Shown here: positions 1 through 11,066 of the stretch, piece after piece
How the letters are laid out: every line of letters starts with the position of its first letter
How positions within the stretch are numbered: the first letter of the stretch is position 1
Assembly: GCF_001194135.2 (NCBI RefSeq)
Contig: NC_068989.1
Coordinates: 53,299,364-53,343,905, forward strand
Length of the DNA: 44,542 nt
Source of the DNA: Octopus bimaculoides
Taxonomy: Eukaryota
Direction of reading: 5' to 3'
The notes under the pieces: model-generated
Seen by the model: the letters and a program-made list of their open reading frames with translations, nothing else
Told to the model about the DNA's origin: nothing
Database searches by the model: none
Program-made: the position numbers and the translations under genes

Positions 1-186
1 TATATATATTATATATTATTATGTATGGGTATGTTGATGCAAACAGGAAAAGTAGAACTCAATACATGAGTATATGTATATTTTTACTAATATTTAGCAG
101 AAATAACAGGGGGGCTCCGGGAGTTTCGTGCGTTGATACTCATCAAATTAGTCACACGTCGAATGCCTGTGGGTTTATATATTTAA

Positions 187-417
187 TGTATGTATGTATG
201 TATGTATGTATGTATGTATGTATGTATGAAGGTAGGTACATAGGTTTGATGATATAAAGAGGAAAATGGAACTCAAAACATGAGCATATGCATTATTCTA
301 TTTATTGGCAGCAGTTCACTTTGTGACTCAAGGGCCGAGAGTTTCGTCTATTAGCACTTGTGTATCTATATATACACATAATTATATATCTATGTATCGT
401 TCTGTCTATCCGTTTGA

Positions 418-486
<69 letters not shown>
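187..486. repeat. (TATG)n at ~187-228 and (TATC)n at ~418-486
   Basis: Directly visible. Confidence 0.95.
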
Positions 487-488
<2 letters not shown>

Positions 489-571
489 CACACACCTATA
501 TGTATATATATTTGTTATTTGTGACAACTGATAAGCTGCGATCTCAGTGGAGTGTATTCCCTTTTTATCTT

Positions 572-829
572 AGTGGAGGCACCTAGCTTCGTAGTTTGGG
601 TGTTGGACTCATGATCGTAAGATTGTGGCTTCGATTCCTGGATCGGGCGACGCGTTGTGTTCTTCAGCAAAACACTTCATTTCACGTAGCTCAAATTCAT
701 TCAGCTGGGAAAAATGATTTATCTTGCGACGGACCGGTCTCCCCTCCAGGCGGGGAATATATACGCCATGGAAAACAGGAAACCGGACCTTGTGAGTCGG
801 TATGACTCGAGAATGTAAATTTACCATTA
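572..829 (+). mobile_element. tRNA-derived SINE (family C), apparently full length
   Basis: A-box-like TAGCTTCGTAGTTTGG (584-599) and B-box-like GGCTTCGATTCC (627-638). The body TTGTGTTCTTCAGCAAAACACTT resembles V/Meta-type SINE central domains. 3' hairpin GAGTC-ggtat-GACTC. Exact 11-bp direct repeat CTTTTTATCTT at 561-571 and 830-840 (TSD). Confidence 0.85.
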
Positions 830-959
830 CTTTTTATCTTTTTTATTCTTCAGATGGATTGGTAGGTTGACCACTTTTGTGCGCCTTTGGTGGATGTCAA
901 ATCATAGGATTCTCCAGGTTACCTAATTACTAAACGCGTCCCGCCAGTCTTATTATCTG

Positions 960-2150
960 ATCTCATCCAACACTGATGTTGGGCTCTTTGAAATTTGCAC
1001 AATAATTTGTTATATGGGGGTACCTTCTCGATTGTCCAAAGTTAGTTATTTTCTCCGAACAGTTAAGATTATTGTCTTGCCTCCGTCTTAAAACGAAAGC
1101 TTGTGGTATAAGAAGAATTCATCGTTGTCGGTCTGAGCTTTATGATACCTCTAGGATATCTTGTACAGTTTTTATTTTGCAGGTAGGATTGATGGCTCAA
1201 CGTGGCTCACAGATAAGTTTAGTCTTGATGGTTTCAAATAACTCTGGATAGTTTCCCTTATGAGGAAACTCAGCCAAAATCATCTTGCCAATATCACCTG
1301 GTGTTATCTTGTTATAACTGTCATTCTGTGAGAGTGAGGGCCTCTTCTGATATACCACTCATGCAGCAAGCCTTGCACTAAGCTCATCGAAGATTATTCT
1401 GTCTTTTAAAAGCTAGAGGCCAACTTTTCTGTTACAAGCCACAGCATCTTGACTTCGTTCCTGCATCTAACGGGGTTCTGTTTTGAAGCTTGAGGGTAAT
1501 ATGACAGGTTGGCGTGTATTTCTTGGGTCACTGCTAGAAATGATACCATCTCAAAGGTGACTGTAATCCAATGTCTTTGTTCTGTTTTGATTTCTTTGCA
1601 GGAAAACTAACAGTTGCGTTTTAACTTTGGTATACATGTCCACCAGTGGAGGCGCAATGGCCCAGTGGTTAGGGCAGCGGACTAGCGGTCATAGGATCGC
1701 GGTTTCGATTCCCAGACCGGGCGTTGTGAGTGTTTATTGAGCGAAAACACCTAAAGCCCCACGAGGCTTCGGCAGGGGATGGTGGTGAACCCTGCTGTAC
1801 TCTTTCACTACATCTTTCTCTCGCCCTTTCTTCCTGTTTCTGTTGTGCCTGTAATTCAAAGGGTCAGTCTTGTTTCACTGTATCATGCTGAATATCCCCC
1901 GAGAACTACGTTAAGGGTACACGTGTCTGTGGAGTGCTCAGCCACGTGCACGTTAATTTAACGAGCAGGCTGTTCCGTTGATCGGATCGACTGGAACCTT
2001 CGACGTCGTATGCGACGGACTGCCAACAACAACAACAACATGTCCACCATGAACTGACTGGTAACTTTTTCAAATCGCCGAACTTAGATGAAGCGATCAC
2101 AAAACATGAAATAAAAGGTGTAGGATTCTTTGCGACCGATTATTTGCTCT
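960..2150 (-). mobile_element. Degenerate Helitron Rep (replication initiator) coding remnant, interrupted by a SINE
   Basis: Manual minus-strand translation gives, in the expected order: QFMVDMYTKVKTQLLVFLQRNQ; QPVILPSSFKTEPR*MQERSQDAVA (1438-1508); EWYIRRGPHSH (cf. EWQKRGLPHAH); DIGKMILAEFPHKGNYPELFETIKTKLICEPR*AINPTC; DNR..VPPYNKLLCKF..AHISV. These match Helitron RepHel motifs, with stops, frameshifts and an internal deletion. Confidence 0.85.
1646..2037 (+). mobile_element. tRNA-derived SINE (family D), full length with (CAA)n tail
   Basis: A box TGGCCCAGTGG (1658-1668), B box GGTTTCGATTCC (1701-1712), (CAA)n tail. Exact 12-bp TSD ACATGTCCACCA at 1634-1645 and 2038-2049. A second copy lies at ~5031-5400. 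Confidence 0.9.
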
Positions 2151-3789
2151 GTCGTAGCTTAAAATGTTAACCATCTTAACCTTTTCAAAAGAGGAAGAGA
2201 TATTCTAAGAGGGTCATAGGCCCTACGGTTTTCACGCATTTTTCGAGATTAAAAAAAATTTTTTTTTTTTTTTTGCAAAACACTGTCATGTCGCCTCTAT
2301 TGTTCAGCAAAAATTATGATAGCAATTTTATCATTGACAAATAAGCAGGGGCTGGAATGGAGATAACATACCTCCAACGAAATCATTTGTTCTCAACAAT
2401 ATGTCTATCTTTCTGGCTGCTTTTTGATAGCTATAAAAACAAGAACTCCATAATCTAAAGGCAGTTACTGAGAGCGACCATCAGTGAGTGTGAACATTAT
2501 TATTGCACTTTCTTCATTTCATTCTTAAACATTAAACACTTCATTCATATATTTATATACATATATACTACATTTATATATTACCTTTAATAAATTAGCC
2601 TTCATAAAGTTCACCTTTAAAATGCCACGACGAGTCAGAGTACTTTCTTGTCAACCTCCGAAAACCTCTCTTCCCAACCTCCAACAATCTCTTCCTCNNN
2701 NNNNNNNNNNNNNNNNNNNNNNNNNNNNNNNNNNNNNNNNNNNNNNNNNNNNNNNNNNNNNNNNNNNNNNNNNNNNNNNNNNNNNNNNNNNNNNNNNNNN
2801 NNNNNNNNNNNNNNNNNNNNNNNNNNNNNNNNNNNNNNNNNNNNNNNNNNNNNNNNNNNNNNNNNNNNNNNNNNNNNNNNNNNNNNNNNNNNNNNNNNNN
2901 NNNNNNNNNNNNNNNNNNNNNNNNNNNNNNNNNNNNNNNNNNNNNNNNNNNNNNNNNNNNNNNNNNNNNNNNNNNNNNNNNNNNNNNNNNNNNNNNNNNN
3001 NNNNNNNNNNNNNNNNNNNNNNNNNNNNNNNNNNNNNNNNNNNNNNNNNNNNNNNNNNNNNNNNNNNNNNNNNNNNNNNNNNNNNNNNNNNNNNNNNNNN
3101 NNNNNNNNNNNNNNNNNNNNNNNNNNNNNNNNNNNNNNNNNNNNNNNNNNNNNNNNNNNNNNNNNNNNNNNNNNNNNNNNNNNNNNNNNNNNNNNNNNNN
3201 NNNNNNNNNNNNNNNNNNNNNNNNNNNNNNNNNNNNNNNNNNNNNNNNNNNNNNNNNNNNNNNNNNNNNNNNNNNNNNNNNNNNNNNNNNNNNNNNNNNN
3301 NNNNNNNNNACACACACACACACACACACACACATGGCTGCCAGCTGCCCGTACAGTTTCAAGAATAATTAAATGAGGAACTAAATAAAATATCAAGAAA
3401 TGGCGGAGCGTTAAGAAGCCGTGCAGTTCTCATTGATTAACTTGTAAACTGATATTTGATGAATCTCACCTCGTTCTAGAGCATTACACACACACACACA
3501 CACAGACAGACACCCCCACACACATACACCCCCACCCCCATCTCTCTCTCTCTATCTATATATCACACGCACACTCGCACAAGCTTGCACATATAGAAAT
3601 ACATTCACACATACGTACTCAGAATGAATGCATACATGACACTTATATGCATGACTTGCGTATAAGATACCTACGTACATATGTAATAATTATACACGAC
3701 CAAACTCATAAATATACAAGCGTAATACTTATATATCCCTATACACATAGGCACACACAAACACGCAAATAGAGATAACTCACACACGC

Positions 3790-3820
<31 letters not shown>

Positions 3821-5030
3821 TGTATGTATGTATGTATGTATATATATAAACAAAACTATCCGACGAACGGGAACGTGAATCTCTGAGTAACAGTTTTCGT
3901 GATATTTTGGTGCTTTTATTATATATATNNNNNNNNNNNNNNNNNNNNNNNNNNNNNNNNNNNNNNNNNNNNNNNNNNNNNNNNNNNNNNNNNNNNNNNN
4001 NNNNNNNNNNNNNNNNNNNNNNNNNNNNNNNNNNNNNNNNNNNNNNNNNNNNNNNNNNNNNNNNNNNNNNNNNNNNNNNNNNNNNNNNNNNNNNNNNNNN
4101 NNNNNNNNNNNNNNNNNNNNNNNNNNNNNNNNNNNNNNNNNNNNNNNNNNNNNNNNNNNNNNNNNNNNNNNNNNNNNNNNNNNNNNNNNNNNNNNNNNNN
4201 NNNNNNNNNNNNNNNNNNNNNNNNNNNNNNNNNNNNNNNNNNNNNNNNNNNNNNNNNNNNNNNNNNNNNNNNNNNNNNNNNNNNNNNNNNNNNNNNNNNN
4301 NNNNNNNNNNNNNNNNNNNNNNNNNNNNNNNNNNNNNNNNNNNNNNNNNNNNNNNNNNNNNNNNNNNNNNNNNNNNNNNNNNNNNNNNNNNNNNNNNNNN
4401 NNNNNNNNNNNNNNNNNNNNNNNNNNNNNNNNNNNNNNNNNNNNNNNNNNNNNNNNNNNNNNNNNNNNNNNNNNNNNNNNNNNNNNNNNNNNNNNNNNNN
4501 NNNNNNNNNNNNNNNNNNNNNNNNNNNNNNNNNNNNNNNNNNNNNNNNNNNNNNNNNNNNNNNNNNNNNNNNNNNNNNNNNNNNNNNNNNNNNNNNNNNN
4601 NNNNNNNNNNNNNNNNNNNNNNNNNNNNNNNNNNNNNNNNNNNNNNNNNNNNNNNNNNNNNNNNNNNNNNNNNNNNNNNNNNNNNNNNNNNNNNNNNNNN
4701 NNNNNNNNNNNNNNNNNNNNNNNNNNNNNNNNNNNNNNNNNNNNNNNNNNNNNNNNNNNNNNNNNNNNNNNNNNNNNNNNNNNNNNNNNNNNNNNNNNNN
4801 NNNNNNNNGGAAAAAAATCGGAGTTTTACTCGATATTCATGAACTAACTAATATTTTTTGGAACTCATCGGCGAGAGCTTTCTCGTAGGTCACTTCCATG
4901 TGAATTTTTACTCAGTGATTTTGTAACAACTGCTGGGAGATATATTTCTATACAACTCACTCCGTAGCTCATTTCACCATACTGCACCGTGGTTGCCCGC
5001 TTATTTACGTTATGTATCTATGTATTCTTT

Positions 5031-5400
5031 GTGGAGGCGCAATGGCACAGTGGTTAGGGGGGGGGGGCGGACTCGCGGTCGTAGTATCGAGGTTTCGATT
5101 CCCAGTCCGGGAAAACACCTACTGAGCGCAAACACCTAAAGTTCCACAAGGCTACGGCAGGGGATGGTGGTACACTTTCACCACATCTTTCTCTCACCCT
5201 TTCTTCCTGTTTCTGTTGTACCTGTATTTTCAAAGGGTCAGCCTTGTCACACTCTGTGTTACTCTGAATCTCCCCGAGAACTATGTTAAGGGTGTCTGTG
5301 CAGTGCTCAGTCACTTGCACATTAATTTCACGAGCAGGCTGTTCTGTTGATCGGATCAACTGGAACCCTCGACGTCGTAACCGACGGAGTGCCAACCACG
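5031..5400 (+). mobile_element. tRNA-derived SINE (family D), second copy
   Basis: Colinear with 1646-2037 from GTGGAGGCGCAATGGC through CTGGAACCCTCGACGTCGTAACCGACGGAGTGCCAAC. Has a G-run expansion in the head and small deletions. Confidence 0.85.
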
Positions 5401-5689
5401 ACCTATGTACTATACATACATTATCTACTCTATGTGTGATCACATTTATGTATGCGTATATCTATGAATATAATATACGTACGTAAGCACGACTCTTTTT
5501 CTCTATTTTAGAGCTAATTTTGACCGGCCACCTTCTTGAGAGCATGGTTGCTCAGGTAGAATTCGCGTCAAAACTTTGACTTTAAATTGAGGGATTTGAT
5601 AGCTACGTACGTGAAGATTGACTGATGATAATGTTCCCATCGAACTGGTATACATATAACAGAACAAAATCATATGATTTTGTGATGCA

Positions 5690-5800
5690 CTGTGTGGCAC
5701 CTTGGATGGGGTTTTCTACTACAGCCTCGGGCCGACCAAAGCATTGTGAGTGGATTTGGTAGACAGAGACTGAAAGAAGTCCATCGTGGCTGATAGTTAA
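5690..5800 (+). mobile_element. SINE family A internal fragment
   Basis: GGCACCTTGG...CTACTACAGCCTCGGGCCGACCAAAGCATTGTGAGTGGATTTGGTAGACAG matches the reverse complement of the full copy at 19000-19441. Confidence 0.75.
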
Positions 5801-6781
5801 CAAGGTGAGACACACATAAGAAAGAAGGAAACAAAGGACCACTGATGAGGTCACAGAAGTGTGACGAAAGAACTCTGGCCGAAATAAGATTAAGATTAAT
5901 GTAATATAAAGCTGAAGCAAATTAACACCAAATATACAGTGCGTGTGTTTTTATTGGCTAAACTGGCAATATGACCATCTCCAAGTACAACAATATATAT
6001 NNNNNNNNNNNNNNNNNNNNNNNNNNNNNNNNNNNNNNNNNNNNNNNNNNNNNNNNNNNNNNNNNNNNNNNNNNNNNNNNNNNNNNNNNNNNNNNNNNNN
6101 NNNNNNNNNNNNNNNNNNNNNNNNNNNNNNNNNNNNNNNNNNNNNNNNNNNNNNNNNNNNNNNNNNNNNNNNNNNNNNNNNNNNNNNNNNNNNNNNNNNN
6201 NNNNNNNNNNNNNNNNNNNNNNNNNNNNNNNNNNNNNNNNNNNNNGTGTGTGTATGTATGTATGCATGTATGTGTGCATGTGTGTGTATGTATGTCTGTG
6301 TGTGTGTGCATATGTATATATGTATGTATATATGTATGTATGTATGTGTGTGTTTGCATGTATGTATGTATGTATTCTGTATTTGTGTGTTTTTTAATGT
6401 ATGTGTGTGTATATGTATGTATGTACCTCTGTCTCCTTGTGTGTGCATGTCTGAGTGTGTGTGTGTGTGTGCGTGTGTGTGTGTTTTGCTGCTGTGTACC
6501 ATGTTTGTATGTATGGGTGCACATCTTCATATGTGTGGACAAGTGTGTGTGTGTTTATGAGGTCATGTGTTTCAGTCTCTATTTGCGTATGTGATTGTCT
6601 GTTCATATACCCTATGTACCTACCCGTCTGTATGTAGACCTGTTGGTTTACATATACATACATGTGTATGCACACACACACACATACACCCACACCCACA
6701 GACATACATACACCTATCTGCACAAAAGCCCATCAACTGTTCTACTTTACCTGTGTAAAATGTGGGTATGGGGTATGATAT

Positions 6782-7005
6782 CTATGTATATTTCCTATTT
6801 AGTATTGGGGAAGTTTCATTTATAAGGACGTACTCCCGTATTTGTCTTAGAGTTGGGTCTTTTGGGTGCTTGGATAAGATGCGGATGTCAAGTTGACCCA
6901 AGTTGCCTTCATGCTGGTCTTTGGCATGTTGGTAGAGTATGGAGGACTGTTTTTTGTCGTCGTATTGTCTCATATGTTCGTTTAGCCGTTCCGCAATGCT
7001 CCTAG
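6782..7005 (-). mobile_element. Penelope-like element GIY-YIG endonuclease, C-terminal part
   Basis: Minus strand reads RSIAERLNEHMRQYDDKKQSSILYQHAKDQHEG...IRILSKHPKDPTLRQIREYVLINETSPILNRK, typical of the C-terminal half of a PLE endonuclease. Confidence 0.8.
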
Positions 7006-7093
7006 TTTACAGCATAAAATGCATGGAAGGTGCTTGTAAAGACCTGAATATGACATATATAGGTGAAACATCTAGGAGCATTGCGGAACGGCT
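7005..7093 (+). mobile_element. Penelope-like element GIY-YIG endonuclease, N-terminal part (inverted relative to the C-terminal part)
   Basis: Plus strand from 7005 reads VYSIKCMEGACKDLNMTYIGETSRSIAERL (VY...YIGETSR motif). Its last 22 nt are the exact reverse complement of 6984-7005. Confidence 0.8.
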
Positions 7094-7258
7094 TGTTTAT
7101 ATCCACGTAACCTAACCGTACAGCAAAAGACCTCTGACAGAATAAGTACTACACTTTAGGGAAAAAAAGCTTAATCTGGTCCATTTGTTCGACTAAAACC
7201 CTTCAAGGAGGTGCTCCAGCATGACCACAACCCAGTGACTGAAACAAGTAAAAGGTAA
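7094..7258 (+). mobile_element. SINE family A 3' part
   Basis: TGTTTATATCCACGTAACCTAACCG...GAATAAGTACTA...GTGCTCCAGCATGACCAC...GACTGAAACAAGTAAAAG matches the 3' half of the copy at 19000-19441. Confidence 0.8.
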
Positions 7259-7334
7259 AAAGCAACACAGACACACACACAAACACAGACACAGACACAC
7301 ACACACACACACATATACACACATATATACAAAT

Positions 7335-7392
<58 letters not shown>

Positions 7393-8070
7393 GCATACAT
7401 ACAAAATTACACACACATATAAATATATTGTCATAATTATACATTGTATGTATGAATATACTTATATATATATATATATATACATATATATCTTTTACAC
7501 ACACATATATGTACATACATACATACATACATACATACATACATACATACATACATACATACATACATGCGTATATGTGTTCGTTTTAATTGAGGCAAGC
7601 CGAGTCGTTATAAAGACAAGTTGGCAATTCGGAAGGGCTGGAAGGTTGGTGCCTGTGTGATGTAAACCAGCGTTACGGTTCGTTGTCGTCTACCTATAGA
7701 GGCGCCAAAATAATTTCGTTTGACTGACCTTGTAAAACGGTTGTATATCACAGAGGCTGTTAATTAGCTTGTTCACCAGACAGATTTGTCTTCATATAAA
7801 TACAATTTATATATACACACACACACATACATATGATTTTGTGTATATGTGTGTGCGCGTGAGCGTGTATATATCTTATAGTATGCTCATATACACACAC
7901 ACATACACACACATGCATATACACATTTCCCCACACGTTTGTTTTAGGTGTATGTATACACATATATGTACATATATGAATGTATGTGTATATATGTATA
8001 TATGTATGTATATATGTATATATATGTATTTATATACATATATATGTATATATATATATATATATATGTA

Positions 8071-8157
<87 letters not shown>

Positions 8158-8217
8158 NNNNNNNNNNNNNNNNNNNNNNNNNNNNNNNNNNNNNNNNNNN
8201 NNNNNNTATGTATATAC

Positions 8218-8300
<83 letters not shown>

Positions 8301-8301
<1 letters not shown>

Positions 8302-8914
8302 TGATATGTTTCGACCAAAGATTGGCCCAGGCCATGTCTGGCTTAATTGGATCACTTGATAGGATTTGCTAAATCCTTTTTTAAGTCAAGTTTTGTGGTA
8401 TCATGGCCTATTCAAGTAGGGAGTTCTTGTTGTTCGAGGTGTATCCAGGTATAGATGGCTTATCTGGTATCCCTTGAAGAAATTTTTTCCAGATTCCGCT
8501 TAACGATGATGGGATCCTTTTCCTCTTTGATTTGCTTTGGGACAATGTTAAATAGGGCAGGGCCTGTTCAGGGAGAGAAATTGTGTTGCCGTGTATTTGT
8601 GTTGTGATCCTGTAGGGGATGTATGGTGCGTGGTCCTGACCTTGGATGAATTCTGAAATTAATGTTTAAGTCATTTGGGCTATGCTGGTGGTATATTATT
8701 CGCATTGTGAAAGTGATGTAACACTCACGGCGGTGCTGGAGAGAATAGAGTTTCAATGCTTTAAGGCGGTCCCAATAATCGAGATCAATCATGCCCTTAA
8801 GTCTTTTAGTGAATGACCTCTAGGCTGATTTGATTCTTGAAACGTTTTGTTTTGTGTAGGGAGAGCACAGGGGCTGCAATATTCTAGGTGTGGCCGTACA
8901 AAATTTTGGTGTGC
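8301..8914 (-). mobile_element. 5'-truncated CR1-type LINE, ORF2 C-terminus and 3' UTR, with (ATAG)n tail
   Basis: Minus strand reads FVRPHLEYCSP..SPYTKQN...RSFTKRLKGMIDLDYWDRLKALKLYSLQHRRECYI and TGPALFNIVPKQIKEEKDPIIVKRNLEKFLQGIPDKPSIPGY. The 3' end GGCCTGGGCCAATCTTTGGTCGAAACATATCA runs directly into (ATAG)n at ~8219-8300. Confidence 0.85.
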
Positions 8915-9150
8915 TTATTTGTAGAGGAAAAGAGTGAAGTATATTCTAGCTTTGAGGAGGCACTTTGCCTTTGAGATATGGTTTTGACAATGTCTTACGT
9001 GTGAAATAGCCGAGAGAGATTGTCGAGGTTCGTCAATTCTAGCATTTGTAGCGACTTTGAGGGTTTTCACTGAGTTGTACATATTTAGGGAGGATGCACT
9101 GATGCAAAGAGGAGAAGTAGGCGCGGTCCCAAAAACTTTTCGAAGGGAGG
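8915..9150 (-). mobile_element. Possible older, heavily decayed CR1/L2-like RT remnant
   Basis: One minus frame reads DNLSRLFHT*DIVKTISQR...SKLEYTSLFS, weakly like DNLSWxxHIxxIVKKASQRL...RPKLEYAS. Confidence 0.3.
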
Positions 9151-9283
9151 ACACAAAGTCTGAAAGGAATACAATTCCAGGAGAAAAGGGCGTAATGACA
9201 TTATTTAGAAGGGCACACTTCTTTTCTTGAGGGTGGTACGTGCCCCTCAGCACGCACGCACCCACCTTGGGTCCGCCTCTGAG

Positions 9284-9437
9284 AAGGACATATATCAGGA
9301 TATTAATGAAAAGGTGACATGATCACGGGTAGAATGCATATGATTATCAATCCGTNNNNNNNNNNAAGGACATATATCAGGATATTAATGAAAAGGTGAC
9401 ATGATCACGGGTAGAATGCATATGATTATCAATCCGT
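9284..9437. other. 72-bp exact duplication flanking a 10-N gap, probably an assembly overlap artefact
   Basis: 9284-9355 is identical to 9366-9437 and the two are separated only by N at 9356-9365. Confidence 0.85.
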
Positions 9438-9810
9438 TCCATAACGGGTGACCCGGAGATTAAGAAGAAGCAATATCACGGAAAGGAAAGGCTGAACACT
9501 TTGAATAGTGACAACAATGTAAAATTACTGAGTATCTGGTTCTCCCTCATTTCTGAGTTTGGTCTACATGAAGCTCTACTCTCAATTATATTAGCATTTC
9601 AGATTATGACTTATAAAATCCATTTCAGAATAATTTCACACATCCATCCATCCATCCATCCATCCATCCATCCATCCATCCATCCATCATACACACTCAA
9701 CTAGCTACCCATTCATCCATTATATCATCCGTCACACACATCCATCCATCAATCATATCCATCAATCAAGCCATCGGATTCATACGCGAAGCATAGCTTT
9801 CGTATTTATA

Positions 9811-9861
<51 letters not shown>

Positions 9862-9931
9862 NNNNNNNNNNNNNNNNNNNNNNNNNNNNNNNNNNNNNNN
9901 NNNNNNNNNNNNNNNNNNNNNNNNNNNNNNN

Positions 9932-9981
<50 letters not shown>

Positions 9982-10418
9982 CATGTATGTATGTATGTAT
10001 GTGTGAATATGTATGCGTGTGTATGTGTTGAAAGGAAAGTTAGCTTATGTCATACATTTTAGCACACACACACACACACACGAGCGCACCTCACCCACAC
10101 ACCTACACTTACATAAATTAAATAAATCACTGAAGATAATTATCCAAGACATCAGGCGCCTGAAAAATCAATAATTAAATTTGGGACAAACATAATTATG
10201 CAGGCTATCATAACTCTAATTAGAAATATTTATGCAAATGAGGAAAGCCTATTAGTTCAATGAGTATACGTTGCTGAGGATGGCTAGTAAAACCTAATAA
10301 ATGGGAGTTGTCTCCCGTTCTTGCGGAAATAATATTTGTTACTGAACTAATAATGTTTTCACTCCTCCCCGGAAAAGTCACAGGGATCATTTTAGTGAGA
10401 TTATCCTAGTTACAGATA

Positions 10419-10677
10419 TGGTACCGAGTTAAATGTTTTGAAGATCTTGCAGCTACACGAAAACAGTCTTTCAGAGTGTCTAATTAGTAGAAAGTGTTTA
10501 GTATATAAGCTTTCATATGACTTTGTTAGGCAGTGGCTGCAAGTTTTTTCGGTATTCAGTATAAGCGTATTGGAGATCGAAAAATCTGCTATATGCTAAA
10601 CACCTCTTATTAAACAGGTACACTGCAAAACTATTTTCACCTGACCACAAGATCTTCAAAACATTTAGCATGTACCA
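10419..10677. mobile_element. Fold-back MITE-like element with long imperfect TIRs and TA flanks
   Basis: TA|TGGTAC...GTACCA|TA ends. Exact 20-bp inverted match TAAATGTTTTGAAGATCTTG (10430-10449) / CAAGATCTTCAAAACATTTA (10648-10667). Further inverted matches inward (GAAAAcAGT, GTGTTTAGtATATA). Confidence 0.7.
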
Positions 10678-10946
10678 TATGTATCATACCCATGACAAGG
10701 ACTATCTCACAAGCATACCACTGCAACCATACAAGTTTTAAATACTCGTAGCTTCCTCATTGCCTATTTTCACAAACCCGCTTCTAACTCATCTCTAGTT
10801 TCTAACTTGACACCATTTTATTATGTATCTACTCCATCTTAGTCCCGCGTCCATCCTGCACACACTGTCATTTCTATATTTTATTCACAAGCCGTCAATT
10901 ATTTTAACTCTTTCCATAAATTATTTATTTAATATTAATCTTCAGC

Positions 10947-11062
10947 AAGGTGACGAGCCGGCAGAATCGTTAACACGCCGGACTAAATGCTTAGTGATCG
11001 ACTTACCCACTCCCTATAAATTTCAGGCCTTCTGCCTATAGTAGAATTATTATTACTGTCAT
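10947..11062 (+). mobile_element. SINE family B, internally deleted (head fused to tail)
   Basis: Head GGTGACGAGCCGGCAGAATCGTTAACACGCCGG is joined to tail GATCGACTTACCCACTCCC...GGCCTTCTGCCTATAGTAGAATTATTATT. Compare the more complete copies at 35020-35235 and 38105-38330. Confidence 0.7.
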
Positions 11063-11066
11063 CATT

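Larger units (their letters stand above)
6246..8300. repeat. Mixed microsatellite blocks (TG, TA, CA, TACA, TC, TATC) at ~6246-6720, 7270-7570 and 7790-8300
   Basis: Directly visible. Confidence 0.9.

Noticed and set aside
2200-2480. Possible DNA-transposon terminal sequences (also 4809-5000, 15370-15560, 33240-33400)
   Set aside because: They look like subterminal TE sequence, but I found no matching TIR pair or TSD, so they are not called.
5512-5555. Possible 44-nt micro-exon (TTTTAG|...CAG|GTAGA)
   Set aside because: The donor is weak, only one frame is open, the peptide is unrecognisable, and the region may be repeat-derived.
9284-9437. 72-bp tandem duplication as a biological event
   Set aside because: Two identical copies sit exactly on either side of a 10-N gap, the signature of unmerged overlapping contig ends.
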